A stretch of 64,000 nt of DNA from Vulcanimicrobiota bacterium (GTDB lineage Bacteria > Vulcanimicrobiota > Xenobia > Xenobiales > JADMJV01). The position numbers and the translations under genes were made by a program. Below, in pieces: positions 28,154 to 37,772 of this stretch. Positions within the stretch are counted from its first letter, which is position 1, and each line of letters begins with the position of its first letter. The stretch spans positions 2,150,210 to 2,214,209 of the forward strand of contig JBFWNU010000001.1 of NCBI GenBank assembly GCA_050250895.1, given 5' to 3'. A model generated the notes under the pieces. That model saw only the letters and a program-made list of their open reading frames with translations, did no database searches and was not told the origin of the DNA.

Positions 28154-29186
28154 CTGGACCCGTTGGCGACCTTCGCCGCTGACGAAGACCCACCATGTAG
28201 GGCGAGTCGAGGTAGCGCGCAGCCTTCTTGCGCATCCCCAACAGCATCCCTCTCGAGTGGTATTCAAGCTCGAGCAGCAGCTGCTCGAGACTGGCCTCGA
28301 GCATGGCGGTGATAGCCTCGAAGTGGGCATCCTGCAGAATGCCCGCCTCGGACAGGTCCCGGGCAAAGTCTGGACTGGCCATCACGGCCTGCACACCGTC
28401 GAGGGCATCCAGGCGCAGAGTGCTCTCATAGCTTACCCCGTGAAGGACCAGAGTCAGTCGCGTGGGGCGCTCGAGCCACAGCTTGCCCGAGGCTAGCTGG
28501 TTGTCCTGTTGCAGGCTCACCCAGGCACCGGTGGGGCGATTGGGTGAGTTCACGCCGGCCCGACAGAACCTGATCTCGGCCGGTGCCGGGTCATAGTCGT
28601 AGGAGCGGATGATTCTCTGACCGTCGATGCCCAGCTGAGGGCAGTAGCGGCAGTATTTCAGCAGCATCTCCCTCAGCTCGGTCCCAAGTTGGGCTGGAAA
28701 TGGCTTGCGGCCTTGATGCAGCTCGAACCGATTGGGCTGGCGCCCCCGCCAGGTGGGCGGATGTTGGCTCAACCCGGGACCGTCGGCAGTCACCTCCATC
28801 ACGGTCAACCGGGATGTCTCTTGAGAACAAAACACCAGGCGTCCCGGCGCGAGCATCTCGCTCCCCGATACCGCCAGGCCCAGTTCCTGAAAGCGGGCTG
28901 GGCGAGAAGGCAGCCAAAGGCTGGCCAGCTCTTCGGGGGTGAAGGGCGGGCCGTCGAACTCGATAGCCAGGCAGCGCCTTTCGCGGCGGAAATCGACCAC
29001 TGAAGCGCCCCCGGCCACGGCGGCCGAGACGACATGCAGCACGCATCGGTAGGGAGCCGCCAATCCGAAGCGGCGAATCTTCATGCCGGCCTTGAGGGCG
29101 TCCAGGGTGAAGTGGCCTTCTGACTCGTGCCTTCCGGTCTGGCGCAGCCCGTCGAGATACGCGCCGAGATCGCTGCTCGACTCCAT
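28149..29186 (-). CDS. hypothetical protein (co-operonic with FHA-GAF kinase)
   Basis: 345-aa ORF. Overlaps the kinase start by a few nt and abuts the upstream gene end (29187). No recognisable motif. Confidence 0.4.
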   Translation of the reverse strand: MESSSDLGAYLDGLRQTGRHESEGHFTLDALKAGMKIRRFGLAAPYRCVLHVVSAAVAGGASVVDFRRERRCLAIEFDGPPFTPEELASLWLPSRPARFQELGLAVSGSEMLAPGRLVFCSQETSRLTVMEVTADGPGLSQHPPTWRGRQPNRFELHQGRKPFPAQLGTELREMLLKYCRYCPQLGIDGQRIIRSYDYDPAPAEIRFCRAGVNSPNRPTGAWVSLQQDNQLASGKLWLERPTRLTLVLHGVSYESTLRLDALDGVQAVMASPDFARDLSEAGILQDAHFEAITAMLEASLEQLLLELEYHSRGMLLGMRKKAARYLDSPYMVGLRQRRRSPTGPG

Positions 29187-30914
29187 CTAGCGCAGCTTCT
29201 GCCATCCGATCACGTTAAAGTCGCCGGCTCCGTTGACCATCTTAAGATACTTGGGATTGTGATTTACCTCGACCGAACGCAAGGTGATGCCCCCGGCCCC
29301 GCCCGCCATGAGACCCCCCTCGATGATCAGGCGGTCGCCCTCGCCGGGCACGATGCTGATGGTGTTCTCGGCTACGATCAGGCCGCGGTAGGTCCCGCCC
29401 GCCTTCATCATGATGTCGTGGGCGTAGAGCACGAAGCCCTGGTCGCCGGCATCGATGGTGCCGTTGGCCAGAGTCAGCCGGCCGTTGACGATCAAAGTGG
29501 CGTTGTTGCCGTAGATCTCGACGGGATTGCTGGAGGCGCCCAGATCGAGATCACCCTCGATATACAGCACGCAGTCCTGCAACCTCAGGCCGGCCGCCAT
29601 CTCCTGGATCATCAGGGTCCCGCTATAGAGATTCTGGGACGGAATATCGGTCTGTAACTCAAAGGCCTGGCGATTGCGCAAGTTGCCCACATAGCGATAG
29701 TGGGGGGTGGCGGCTCCTGAGGCGTTGAGGGCCAGGGTTTCGGCCAGCAGCTCGGGCGGGTCCCCGGGATCAAGCGGAGAGTTGGAACGAAAATCGTCGA
29801 CCAACTCCGTAGGGGGAATCCCCAGCGCGGTGTCGATATCGAGGTCGACCAGGTGGGGCGAGACGAGGGTGAAGCCGGAGGGATCGGGAGCACTCAGGTC
29901 GGCCAACGGATTGACGGCCATGTCTCGCTCTCGGATGGCGTTGCCCGAAACCTGGTTGGGCGTGAACCCCGGCATGGATGCACCTAGCCACGGGTTAAAA
30001 CTCAGCCCGAGGGAATGGTGATAGTGGATGTCGCCCTCGAGCAGATTGCTCTGGTCGATGACGTCGACCGAGCCGAACACGGCCGTTCCCCCCGTTCCAC
30101 TGAAGGTCAGGTATTTGGCTCCGGCCGTGCCACCCCCCACGGTCAACTCGGCCGGCGGGGTGATGGGCTGGGTGACCACTCGGGGACCGACGATGACCGG
30201 AGAGACCGAAGTTCCCTGAGGAACCCCGGCGGCAGCCACCTCGGACTCGATGAGTTTGTCGAGCGCGGTGGTGGGCGAACTCGGGCCGCCGCCTCCCGAG
30301 CCACCCGCGTTCCAGTTGGTGTAGACGGCGCCTTTGACATGGCTTGGGTTGGGGAACGCCAGCGGCGAATCCTGGGGGATGCCCATCAAGACGATGGGGC
30401 CAGCGGCCGAATACACCGCATAGGGCCAGACCCGACGCAGCAAGGCTCGGTAGTAGTGGGTGGTGTTGCGGTAGCGGGCCCGCAAAATAAGTTCGAGAGT
30501 ATACGGGGGAACCGAACGGTCGGAACTGCCCCGATCGAGCCACCCCGCCCGCGGCAGGTCGCTGCTGGTGTTGTCGGTGGAAAAGCCATCGGCACTGGCG
30601 ACGAAGGTGATGTCACAGAACTCGTCAGGTCTCTCGATGAGAGGGTGGCCTTCAAACTGGGTAGCCAGCAAGCTGGCCTGAGGATCGAGCAGATTGAAGG
30701 TCCGGCTTTCGTCGAACTCGCGAACCTGACCGATGAATTCGGCCAGGGCGCTCCGGGCCAGCAGGTTGGTTCGGGTCTCGACCTGTTCCCCTTTGGAGAG
30801 GTTCAAAGACAGTGTCGATAAGGTTCCCAGCGCCAAGCCCACGACGAAAAGGACGGCAACCAGACCGAGTACCGTGGGCAGGGCTAAACCTTTGGCACGG
30901 AGGGCCGAGAACAT
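29187..30914 (-). CDS. membrane-anchored secreted protein with PilX-like N-terminal segment
   Basis: N-terminus RAKGLALPTVLGLVAVLFVVGLALGTLSTLSLNLSKG resembles pseudopilin/PilX N-domains. The remainder is Gly/Thr/Asn-rich (beta-solenoid-like). Confidence 0.4.
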   Translation of the reverse strand: MFSALRAKGLALPTVLGLVAVLFVVGLALGTLSTLSLNLSKGEQVETRTNLLARSALAEFIGQVREFDESRTFNLLDPQASLLATQFEGHPLIERPDEFCDITFVASADGFSTDNTSSDLPRAGWLDRGSSDRSVPPYTLELILRARYRNTTHYYRALLRRVWPYAVYSAAGPIVLMGIPQDSPLAFPNPSHVKGAVYTNWNAGGSGGGGPSSPTTALDKLIESEVAAAGVPQGTSVSPVIVGPRVVTQPITPPAELTVGGGTAGAKYLTFSGTGGTAVFGSVDVIDQSNLLEGDIHYHHSLGLSFNPWLGASMPGFTPNQVSGNAIRERDMAVNPLADLSAPDPSGFTLVSPHLVDLDIDTALGIPPTELVDDFRSNSPLDPGDPPELLAETLALNASGAATPHYRYVGNLRNRQAFELQTDIPSQNLYSGTLMIQEMAAGLRLQDCVLYIEGDLDLGASSNPVEIYGNNATLIVNGRLTLANGTIDAGDQGFVLYAHDIMMKAGGTYRGLIVAENTISIVPGEGDRLIIEGGLMAGGAGGITLRSVEVNHNPKYLKMVNGAGDFNVIGWQKLR

Positions 30915-30986
30915 GTTCAGAGTATAACATGTTTATAGGGATCGATGCCGGGGTAAACCCGCTAGAAGGAATTTCACGTCCTCGAT

Positions 30987-32393
30987 ATGAGTGGTTCAGT
31001 AGATAAACAGTGGACATTCGTGCGGGATTGGGTGCGACCGAATCAGGTTCGCCTCAATGCCGATCCGCGATTTGCCGGGCGTGGGGTCACGGTCGCATTC
31101 GTGGATGCAGGCTTCCATCCTCACGCCGACTTGTTGCTGCCCACCAATCGCATCAAAGCCTACTACGACGCCACTACCGAGCAAGAGCCGCTGGGCGAGC
31201 GCAAGCCCGAATGTTGGAACTGGCATGGGACCATGACCAGCGTCATCGCCTGCGGCAGCGGTCATCTGTCGGGAGGCATCTACAGCGGCCTGGCACGGCA
31301 ATCCGAGGTGGTGTTGGTCAAGGTGGCCAAGAACGGCTCGATTCGCCGCCGCAACGTGGCTCTCGGCATGAAATGGCTGCTCGAGAACCGCGAGCGCCTC
31401 GACCTGCGCGTGATCAATATCTCACTGGGCCTGGGCCAGCACGACCGCGAGTCCTCGCGCACGCTGGTCGACTACTGGGTGAAGAAGGCGGTGGACGCTG
31501 GCGTGGTGGTGGTGGTGGCGGCCGGTAATGATGGCGGTCCGGTCGAATCCCCCGCCAAAGCGGCCGAAGCCCTGACTGTGGGTGGCATCTTCGACCATGT
31601 CAACCAGCTCTATCACTTCAATCACGGCACCACTCCAGATGGTGTCCACAAGCCCGACATCCTGGCCCCGGCGGTGTTGGTGGCCTCGCCCATCCTATGG
31701 GGAACGCCCCAGCAGAAGCGGGCCGAGGCCCTGGTTCGCTTGCTCAATGACCCGAGCCTGATCAAGGAACTGTGGCGCGACGCTCAGCTTCCTCTGGTTT
31801 CGCTGAACTACAATCAAGAAGAGCTGATCTCGGAACTCCAGGGACAGATCGCCGGCCAAAAGGTGGTCTCTCCCTACTACGAGCACGCCGATGGAACTTC
31901 GGTGGCCGCTCCGCTGGTAACCTCGGTGGTGGCCCAGATGCTCGAGGCCGACCCCGGTCTGACGCCCGCTCAGGTGCGGGCCATTCTGGTCAGCACGGCT
32001 TCTCGGTTGGATCGCGTGTCGCATTATCGCCAGGGTCACGGCGTGATGCGCGCCCGTCGAGCCCTGGAAGTGGCTCTCGACCCCGAGCATCCGGTCCGGC
32101 AGGTTTCGAGTTTTGGCCCTCGCCAGGAGAACGGCAAGCTGCATTTTCTCTTTCATCACACCCAGGCTCAGGGGGTTTCCCTGGCCGGCGATTTCAACAA
32201 CTGGGATCCAAAACGGCACTCGCTAGAGAAGTCCTCGGGCGGCGTGTGGCAGACCGAGTTGGCCAGCCCTCCACCGGGGCGGTATCGCTATAAGTTTCTG
32301 GTCGACGGCCAGCGCTGGTGTGATGACCCCTGGAACGCTCACAAAGAGCCCGACGCCTGGGGCGGTCTCAATTCTATAGTACTCGTCAGCTAG
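30987..32393 (+). CDS. subtilisin-like serine protease (S8) with C-terminal CBM48/E-set (AMPK-beta glycogen-binding-like) domain
   Basis: Asp (VAFVDAGF), His (WHGTMTSV) and Ser (ADGTSVAAP) triad motifs in S8 order. C-terminal block GVSLAGDFNNWDP...YRYKFLVDGQRW typical of CBM48/E-set. Confidence 0.8.
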   Translation: MSGSVDKQWTFVRDWVRPNQVRLNADPRFAGRGVTVAFVDAGFHPHADLLLPTNRIKAYYDATTEQEPLGERKPECWNWHGTMTSVIACGSGHLSGGIYSGLARQSEVVLVKVAKNGSIRRRNVALGMKWLLENRERLDLRVINISLGLGQHDRESSRTLVDYWVKKAVDAGVVVVVAAGNDGGPVESPAKAAEALTVGGIFDHVNQLYHFNHGTTPDGVHKPDILAPAVLVASPILWGTPQQKRAEALVRLLNDPSLIKELWRDAQLPLVSLNYNQEELISELQGQIAGQKVVSPYYEHADGTSVAAPLVTSVVAQMLEADPGLTPAQVRAILVSTASRLDRVSHYRQGHGVMRARRALEVALDPEHPVRQVSSFGPRQENGKLHFLFHHTQAQGVSLAGDFNNWDPKRHSLEKSSGGVWQTELASPPPGRYRYKFLVDGQRWCDDPWNAHKEPDAWGGLNSIVLVS

Positions 32394-32402
32394 GAGGCTA
32401 TT

Positions 32403-32987
32403 TTGCTGCGAAGAATCTGCCTTGGTATGATCATGCTGGCCGCCCTCGTGAGCGGTTGCAACCAGCCCACTCCCACTCCGACACCGTCGGCCACTTCGAC
32501 CGCCGCGGCCACTCCCGAGGCCACCCCCGAGGCCACACCAGGCGAGTTGGACACCTCGAGTTGGATCGAGTTCGAGGCCCCTGACCAGAGTTTTACCGTC
32601 AAGCTGCCCAGCCAGCCCGAGTTCGACCAGAGCGAACGCGAAGAGAACGGCCAGAAGATTACTTTCTCGAGTGTCGTGACCAAAGTCGGGGGCGTGACCT
32701 ATCAGGTCAACTACACCGATTTTGCCGACGCCGAAGCTGCGCAGGCGCACTACGAGGAGCTGGTGGCCGGGCTACGCGAGACGGCCAGCAACGAAGAACA
32801 CGTGCAGTTGGACGGTCGCGACGGCATTCGCTTCGAACTCAAGAAGTCTGACGACGATGTCTTCTACGACGCGCTCTTCCCGGTAGAAACGCGGGTCTAC
32901 GACATCTTGATCGTGCACGGAGATGACCCTGATGCCGACAGTCGGGCCGCTGACGCGATGGTTCGGTCGGTCAAATTCAAGTCTTGA
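32403..32987 (+). CDS. hypothetical lipoprotein
   Basis: Signal + lipobox (MIMLAALVSGCNQ) followed by a Pro/Thr-rich linker. Confidence 0.5.
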   Translation: MLRRICLGMIMLAALVSGCNQPTPTPTPSATSTAAATPEATPEATPGELDTSSWIEFEAPDQSFTVKLPSQPEFDQSEREENGQKITFSSVVTKVGGVTYQVNYTDFADAEAAQAHYEELVAGLRETASNEEHVQLDGRDGIRFELKKSDDDVFYDALFPVETRVYDILIVHGDDPDADSRAADAMVRSVKFKS

Positions 32988-33613
32988 GTCGAGGGGTCTT
33001 TCTCGATTGGGACGGTGTCCTGGTCGACTCGCTCGCGATCTATTTTCAACTGTACCAGGACCTTTGCCGCGACTATCGCAAGCTCTTGCCGGTATCCGAT
33101 CTGGTGGGTTTTCGGGGCTGGTACGAGCCTCGTTGGGAACTTAATTTCGAGGCCATGGGCTTTAGCCCGGTCCAGTTCGCCGAAGTGCTGGCGGGCTATG
33201 AGGCCCGCTTGGACTACAACCAGTGCTTGCTGTTTGAAGGGGCCGCGGCCATGGTGAAGAGCCTGGCTGCCGATTGTCCGCTGGCCATCGTCTCGACCGC
33301 ACCCTCGCGAGCGATTCGGGCTCGGCTGGCTCGCGAAGGGTTGGCCGATTGCGTGGGGCTGGTGGTCGGCGGTGACGACGGCACCAGCGACAAGGTCGAG
33401 CGCCTGGCTCAGGCGATGGCCAGCCTGAAGGTGGGCGGCGGAGTCATGGTTGGGGACACCCAGGTGGATATCGAGGCCGGCAAAGCCCACGGACTAGCCA
33501 CCATCGGCGTCAGTTACGGCTGGTTTACCCCCGAAAGGATCCGAGCCACCGAGCCCCACGAAGTCGTCGACGAGCCTGGCCTGCTCGAAGCCAGCATCCG
33601 CCGTCGTCTATAG
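32984..33613 (+). CDS. HAD-superfamily hydrolase (subfamily IA, phosphatase-like)
   Basis: Motif I FLDWDGVLVDS, motif III K and motif IV MVGDTQVDIEAG. Overlaps the upstream stop by 4 nt. Confidence 0.75.
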   Translation: MSRGVFLDWDGVLVDSLAIYFQLYQDLCRDYRKLLPVSDLVGFRGWYEPRWELNFEAMGFSPVQFAEVLAGYEARLDYNQCLLFEGAAAMVKSLAADCPLAIVSTAPSRAIRARLAREGLADCVGLVVGGDDGTSDKVERLAQAMASLKVGGGVMVGDTQVDIEAGKAHGLATIGVSYGWFTPERIRATEPHEVVDEPGLLEASIRRRL

Positions 33614-34387
33614 TCGCATGCCACCGATGGTGTCTTCGTTGCCCTCGCGCAGCAAACGCATCTCGTCGATGATGCGATCCTCGGTGGTGGACTTTTGCGT
33701 GCCCAACCGAGAAATCGTGTTCACATGGCTGTGGACCAGAAAACCGTCGCGATAGGCGAACAGCAGCGTGCCCTCGATGAGATACTGGTGAATGGTGGTT
33801 TCGTTCACGTAAGACTGGTGCTTGGCCACGACTTTGACCTCGGCGCACTGATAGTTGTCGACCTTTTGCTGCCCAACCAGGGTGTAGAGATAGGGCAGGT
33901 CGACCTTCTCCTGGCCATCGGGGCGACCAGACGCATTGAACTTGGGGATGATCACCTCTTCGTTGACATCCCAGGTCTCGCCAGGGCGAAGGCTACGGTC
34001 GGGAAAAACACCCGTCAGAAAACGAGGGGCAGTGCCCGAGACCTCGAGCACATTGCCAAAACGGTCCACTCGCTCGTTGAGATAGGTGTGGCAGGGATCG
34101 TCGTCGCGACCGAAGGGGGCGGGTTCGCCACCCACCGTGCGGGCAGCCGACTCGATGGTGGATTTGACCGAAGCCACCCAGTCGGGCGACACGTCAGCCG
34201 TCCGCTGGACCATCATCATCTCGACGCGGGCATTGCCGACGACTTTTGACGACTGCTTCTTGCCCACGAGGCGCATCAGCGGGTTGCCACTTTTGACGAT
34301 CTCGCGCTCGGTCGAGCGAACCACCTGATATTCGAGTTGGAAGCCACGACGGCGTCGATATTCGATGAAAATTGGCCGGGCTTGCAC
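33608..34387 (-). CDS. hypothetical protein
   Basis: 259-aa ORF with no recognisable motif. Confidence 0.35.
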   Translation of the reverse strand: MQARPIFIEYRRRRGFQLEYQVVRSTEREIVKSGNPLMRLVGKKQSSKVVGNARVEMMMVQRTADVSPDWVASVKSTIESAARTVGGEPAPFGRDDDPCHTYLNERVDRFGNVLEVSGTAPRFLTGVFPDRSLRPGETWDVNEEVIIPKFNASGRPDGQEKVDLPYLYTLVGQQKVDNYQCAEVKVVAKHQSYVNETTIHQYLIEGTLLFAYRDGFLVHSHVNTISRLGTQKSTTEDRIIDEMRLLREGNEDTIGGMRL

Positions 34388-34505
34388 GGTTCCTCCTTGC
34401 CGAGGCGATTGTTGCAGAGCCCTTCCTCGCCCAAGCCAAGATCCCTCTGAGAGGGCGGTAGGCTAGGAGCCTACCGCCCCGTCAGCTCCGGGTGGAGCCG
34501 GCTCG

Positions 34506-34907
34506 TCAAGGGTTGGGACTCAACAGCAGTTCGGCTTCAGGACAGTACTTCGTGAGCATGTCACCGGGCAGCCGATGGAGAACCCCTAGATGGAGCGAAA
34601 GCCTTCGCTCGAGTTGCCGTATCCTTTCGTAGGCGGGCACGCGGCCGTGCAAAGGACCGTCGTGCTCGATCAGTCGTCTGGCCCCTTTTTGGGTTAGCCG
34701 GATACTGCGCGGTTTTTTGGCTTCTCGCTCGATATAGCCAGCGAGCTCCAGGTTGCGCAGGTGGGTATGCACCGTCGAACTGGAAATCAGGCCGAAATGC
34801 TCGGCGATCTCGCGGATTGCGGGGGGATAGCCTTTGCGGGCGCGGTAGTCGAACAGAAAGCGGAGCACCTGTTCACGCCGAAAAGTGAGGTTTTTTCTAG
34901 TCATCAT
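34506..34907 (-). CDS. LexA-N-terminal-like winged-helix DNA-binding protein (no S24 peptidase domain)
   Basis: REQVLRFLFDYRARKGYPPAIREIAEHFGLISSSTVHTHLRNLELAGYIERE matches the LexA DNA-binding domain pattern. Only 133 aa, so the autoproteolytic domain is absent. Confidence 0.55.
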   Translation of the reverse strand: MMTRKNLTFRREQVLRFLFDYRARKGYPPAIREIAEHFGLISSSTVHTHLRNLELAGYIEREAKKPRSIRLTQKGARRLIEHDGPLHGRVPAYERIRQLERRLSLHLGVLHRLPGDMLTKYCPEAELLLSPNP

Positions 34908-35037
34908 CTTCTCCTTCTGGTTTGGCCAGGGGCGCCTCTGGTCGTATATCTAGCCTAAGGGACCCAGGTGAAGACGAGCTTGCCAGACTGTTTCCAGGCT
35001 GTTGCGTCAATGTTTCAATAGTACTAACAGGGCCAGG

Positions 35038-36264
35038 TCAGAGTTGCTCGATGCGGTCCCAGACCCGCGCCGCCAGCAGGGTCTTGCTGGCCTGGCCCAG
35101 CGACTCGGCCTGGCCCTGCGGGGGAACGGCCCAGAGCAAATTTTCCTCGCTCTCGAAGCCGACTCCCGGAAGGCCTACGGGATTGGCCAGCACCAGGTCG
35201 GCCCGGCAGCGGGCGGCCGTGGCTCGGGCGGCCTGCCATAGCTCTTCAGGCTCTTGGGTGGGCAGGGCTTTGAAGGCCACCAATCGGATGTCGGGAGCCA
35301 GCTGGCGCACCCGGTCGATGACCTTGGGAGTCGGCTGGAGGGTAAGCTTGGTAGGACCGGCCGCGGTGGGCAGTTTGGTCGCAGAGACCTCGAGGGGCGC
35401 GAAGTCGGCCACCGCCGCTACGCCTAGAAAATAGTGGTATGGCTCGGTCAGGGCTCGTTCCACGGCTTGCAACATCTGGGCGGTCCGCTCGACCCGCTCC
35501 ACCCTGACCCCGGGCGGCGGGTCGGTTGGGCCCGGTCCGTAAATGAGGTGAACCTCGGCCCCGCGGCGATAGGCCTCGGCTGCCAGGCTGCAAGCCATTC
35601 GTCCACTGGAGGGATTGGTGAGGTAGCGAGCCGGGTCCAGGGGTTCGCGGGTCGGCCCCCCCGTCATCAACACTCGCTTTCCGCTGAGGCTGCCCGGACC
35701 CAAGAGCCTGGCCACTTCGGCCAGAATCACTTCGGGAGTGGCCATCTTGGCTTTGGCCTCGAGCCGTTCGGGGGCGATCACGCGCACGCCCATCTCGGTA
35801 AGCCGGCCCAGGTTGGCGCCGACCGCGGGATGATCGAACATGCACGCGTGCATCCCCGGAGCTACCAGCGACGGCAGCCTTCTGCCCAGGGCCGTCACGG
35901 CCACCGTGGTCAAGGGCGTATCGTCGATGCCCAGGGCCATCTTACCGATGGTGTTGGCGGTGGCCGGAGCCACCAGGAAGGCATGGCACAAGCCGTGTTC
36001 ACCGACCAGTTTCAGATGTTCGCAGGCTCCGGACAGACTGGTTACTACCGGGTTGCCGGTGGCCCAGTGCAAGGCCTTGGAGCTAACCAGTTCTGAGGCT
36101 GAAGGGCTCAGGACCACATGCACCTGAGCGCCGTGTCGCATCAGCAAACGGGCCACCCGATGGGTTTCCAGGGCCGCCACGCTTCCACTTACCCCGAGGG
36201 CGATGTGGCGTCCGCCAAGAGCGTCACCGTGACTGCCGAGAATGTCCTGTAAGTGCTCTTCCAT
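35038..36264 (-). CDS. coaBC: bifunctional phosphopantothenoylcysteine decarboxylase / phosphopantothenate-cysteine ligase
   Basis: N-terminal flavoprotein motifs (IALGVSGSVAA, PATANTIGKMALGIDD). C-terminal CoaB domain. 408 aa, typical Dfp length. Confidence 0.9.
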   Translation of the reverse strand: MEEHLQDILGSHGDALGGRHIALGVSGSVAALETHRVARLLMRHGAQVHVVLSPSASELVSSKALHWATGNPVVTSLSGACEHLKLVGEHGLCHAFLVAPATANTIGKMALGIDDTPLTTVAVTALGRRLPSLVAPGMHACMFDHPAVGANLGRLTEMGVRVIAPERLEAKAKMATPEVILAEVARLLGPGSLSGKRVLMTGGPTREPLDPARYLTNPSSGRMACSLAAEAYRRGAEVHLIYGPGPTDPPPGVRVERVERTAQMLQAVERALTEPYHYFLGVAAVADFAPLEVSATKLPTAAGPTKLTLQPTPKVIDRVRQLAPDIRLVAFKALPTQEPEELWQAARATAARCRADLVLANPVGLPGVGFESEENLLWAVPPQGQAESLGQASKTLLAARVWDRIEQL

Positions 36265-36540
36265 GCTCGCCCTTTCGTTCAGGGGGACAGTTTCCCTATA
36301 GGCAAGGTCGAAGGGGCTTGCCCGGCTTATTTTTTGTCAGGGAGGGTTTTTTTGCGGTTACAGTGAAGCTGTAATAGTGGCCGGGTGTCGTCGTGTCGAG
36401 GCAAATTTCGAGCGCCCCAGCTTGTCTCTGGCCCTTTTTGCGTCGCCTGCCAGCGGGGATTTTCCATTTGCGTCACAAAGGATAAACGTATGCGGACGCG
36501 AAGCACGAGGTTCGTCCGCAACTGTAGGAGGATCTAGTCT

Positions 36541-37230
36541 ATGTCTTTCTTCGGCCTTTTCGGGAGCAAAAAGCCAACCTTAAAACTCATCCCGAAAACG
36601 ATGGTCGAGCTCGAGTTCGAGAACTCCGAGAGCGAGTATGAGAACTACTTTATCGAGGTGGTTAACGTCGCCAAGAAAAAGGTCACTCTCAACGCTCCCG
36701 GGACCGATATGCGACCGATTCGGCTGGTGCCGGGCCAACCGGTGACAGTGTCGACCTTCGACGAGGATAAGAATACCTTCTTTAGCTATTCGGCCTCGGT
36801 TCTCGACAGTCGCGAGCGCGAGTTCGACGTGAACCCTCCCAAAGACGTAGATTCTGAAGAGATCCCCCCGCGGGACGAGAATTTTCGCGTCGAGGTGCCG
36901 ATCCAGGTAGAGTTCCGGGCCATGAGCACGGTCCACTCTCAGGTGGCCACCACTCACGCCATTACCACCAACGGGCTGTTCTTGCTGACCAACCTGCCCA
37001 TCCCGCCGGGAACGCCCCTGACTCTCGAACTCGAGATTCCCAACGCTCCCGACATCAAAGCCAACGGTCACGCCGTGAATAGCGAGCGCGATGGGGGCGG
37101 TCGTAAGCACATCACCGAGGTGGAGTACGACGATATTCCCGAAGACGACAAACGCTCGATTCTGCGCTACGCCATCTACTACGAGCAGCGCCAAAAGCGC
37201 AAGCAGAAGCGCGAATCCGAGGGGCTCTGA
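36541..37230 (+). CDS. PilZ-domain-like protein (possible c-di-GMP receptor)
   Basis: RDENFR (RxxxR) followed by an AITTNGLF segment resembling the D/NxSxxG PilZ motif. Strong SD (TAGGAGGA) 8 nt upstream. AT-richer than the flanks. Confidence 0.45.
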   Translation: MSFFGLFGSKKPTLKLIPKTMVELEFENSESEYENYFIEVVNVAKKKVTLNAPGTDMRPIRLVPGQPVTVSTFDEDKNTFFSYSASVLDSREREFDVNPPKDVDSEEIPPRDENFRVEVPIQVEFRAMSTVHSQVATTHAITTNGLFLLTNLPIPPGTPLTLELEIPNAPDIKANGHAVNSERDGGGRKHITEVEYDDIPEDDKRSILRYAIYYEQRQKRKQKRESEGL

Positions 37231-37239
37231 CCGACCACG

Positions 37240-37267
37240 AAAAAACCGCCAACTGGCGGTTTTTTAT
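37240..37267. terminator. bidirectional rho-independent terminator (A-run, GC hairpin CCGCC-AACT-GGCGG, T-run)
   Basis: aaaaaaCCGCCaactGGCGGtttttt lies between convergent genes ending at 37230 (+) and 37264 (-). Confidence 0.75.
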
Positions 37268-37764
37268 CGTCTGCGCCGGAACATCTTGTTGAGGAGCTTG
37301 AGGAATTGGCCTGGGACGTTGTGCCAGGCCGGATTCTCTTCGGTGAGGACCCGGTAGTTGCCGGCCTCTCTCACCCGCTCGATCTCGGCTCGCTTCTCTG
37401 CTCCGGCGTCGTCCCATTCTCCGAGGAACTCGAGCATCTTGGTGAGTTCGCCGTCATCTAGCCAGATACCGTGGTCAGGGCACTCGTCGAGGTAAATGTC
37501 ACTGGTGATCAGATATTGATAGCGGACCATAGGCTCGCCGCAGCGGGGGCAATCGAGGTTCTTTTCGGTGTCGACTTTGTCGAGTTTGTCCGCTACCAGG
37601 ACGGGCGCCAGGTCCGAGCCCTCGAGCTCGGCCAGGGGGGTCTCGAGGATGGCCGCCAGTTCATCGGCGTCATACCACGACCCCTCGCAGTTGGGACAGA
37701 GGTCGACGGGAATATTGCGAAGCATAACCTGCTTCATCTCGGTATCGCAGCGTGGACAGATCAT
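37264..37764 (-). CDS. zinc-ribbon protein (two CxxC...CxxC clusters)
   Basis: CPRC..(18)..CPNC and CPRC..(20)..CPDH arrangement. Small acidic protein. Confidence 0.5.
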   Translation of the reverse strand: MICPRCDTEMKQVMLRNIPVDLCPNCEGSWYDADELAAILETPLAELEGSDLAPVLVADKLDKVDTEKNLDCPRCGEPMVRYQYLITSDIYLDECPDHGIWLDDGELTKMLEFLGEWDDAGAEKRAEIERVREAGNYRVLTEENPAWHNVPGQFLKLLNKMFRRRR

Positions 37765-37772
37765 GGTCCCCC

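Noticed and set aside
28154-28366. N-terminal 72-residue extension of the FHA-GAF kinase ORF (Cys/Ser/Arg-rich)
   Set aside because: It overlaps the upstream co-directional gene in another frame and lacks protein-like composition. The kinase more likely starts at a GTG near 28150.
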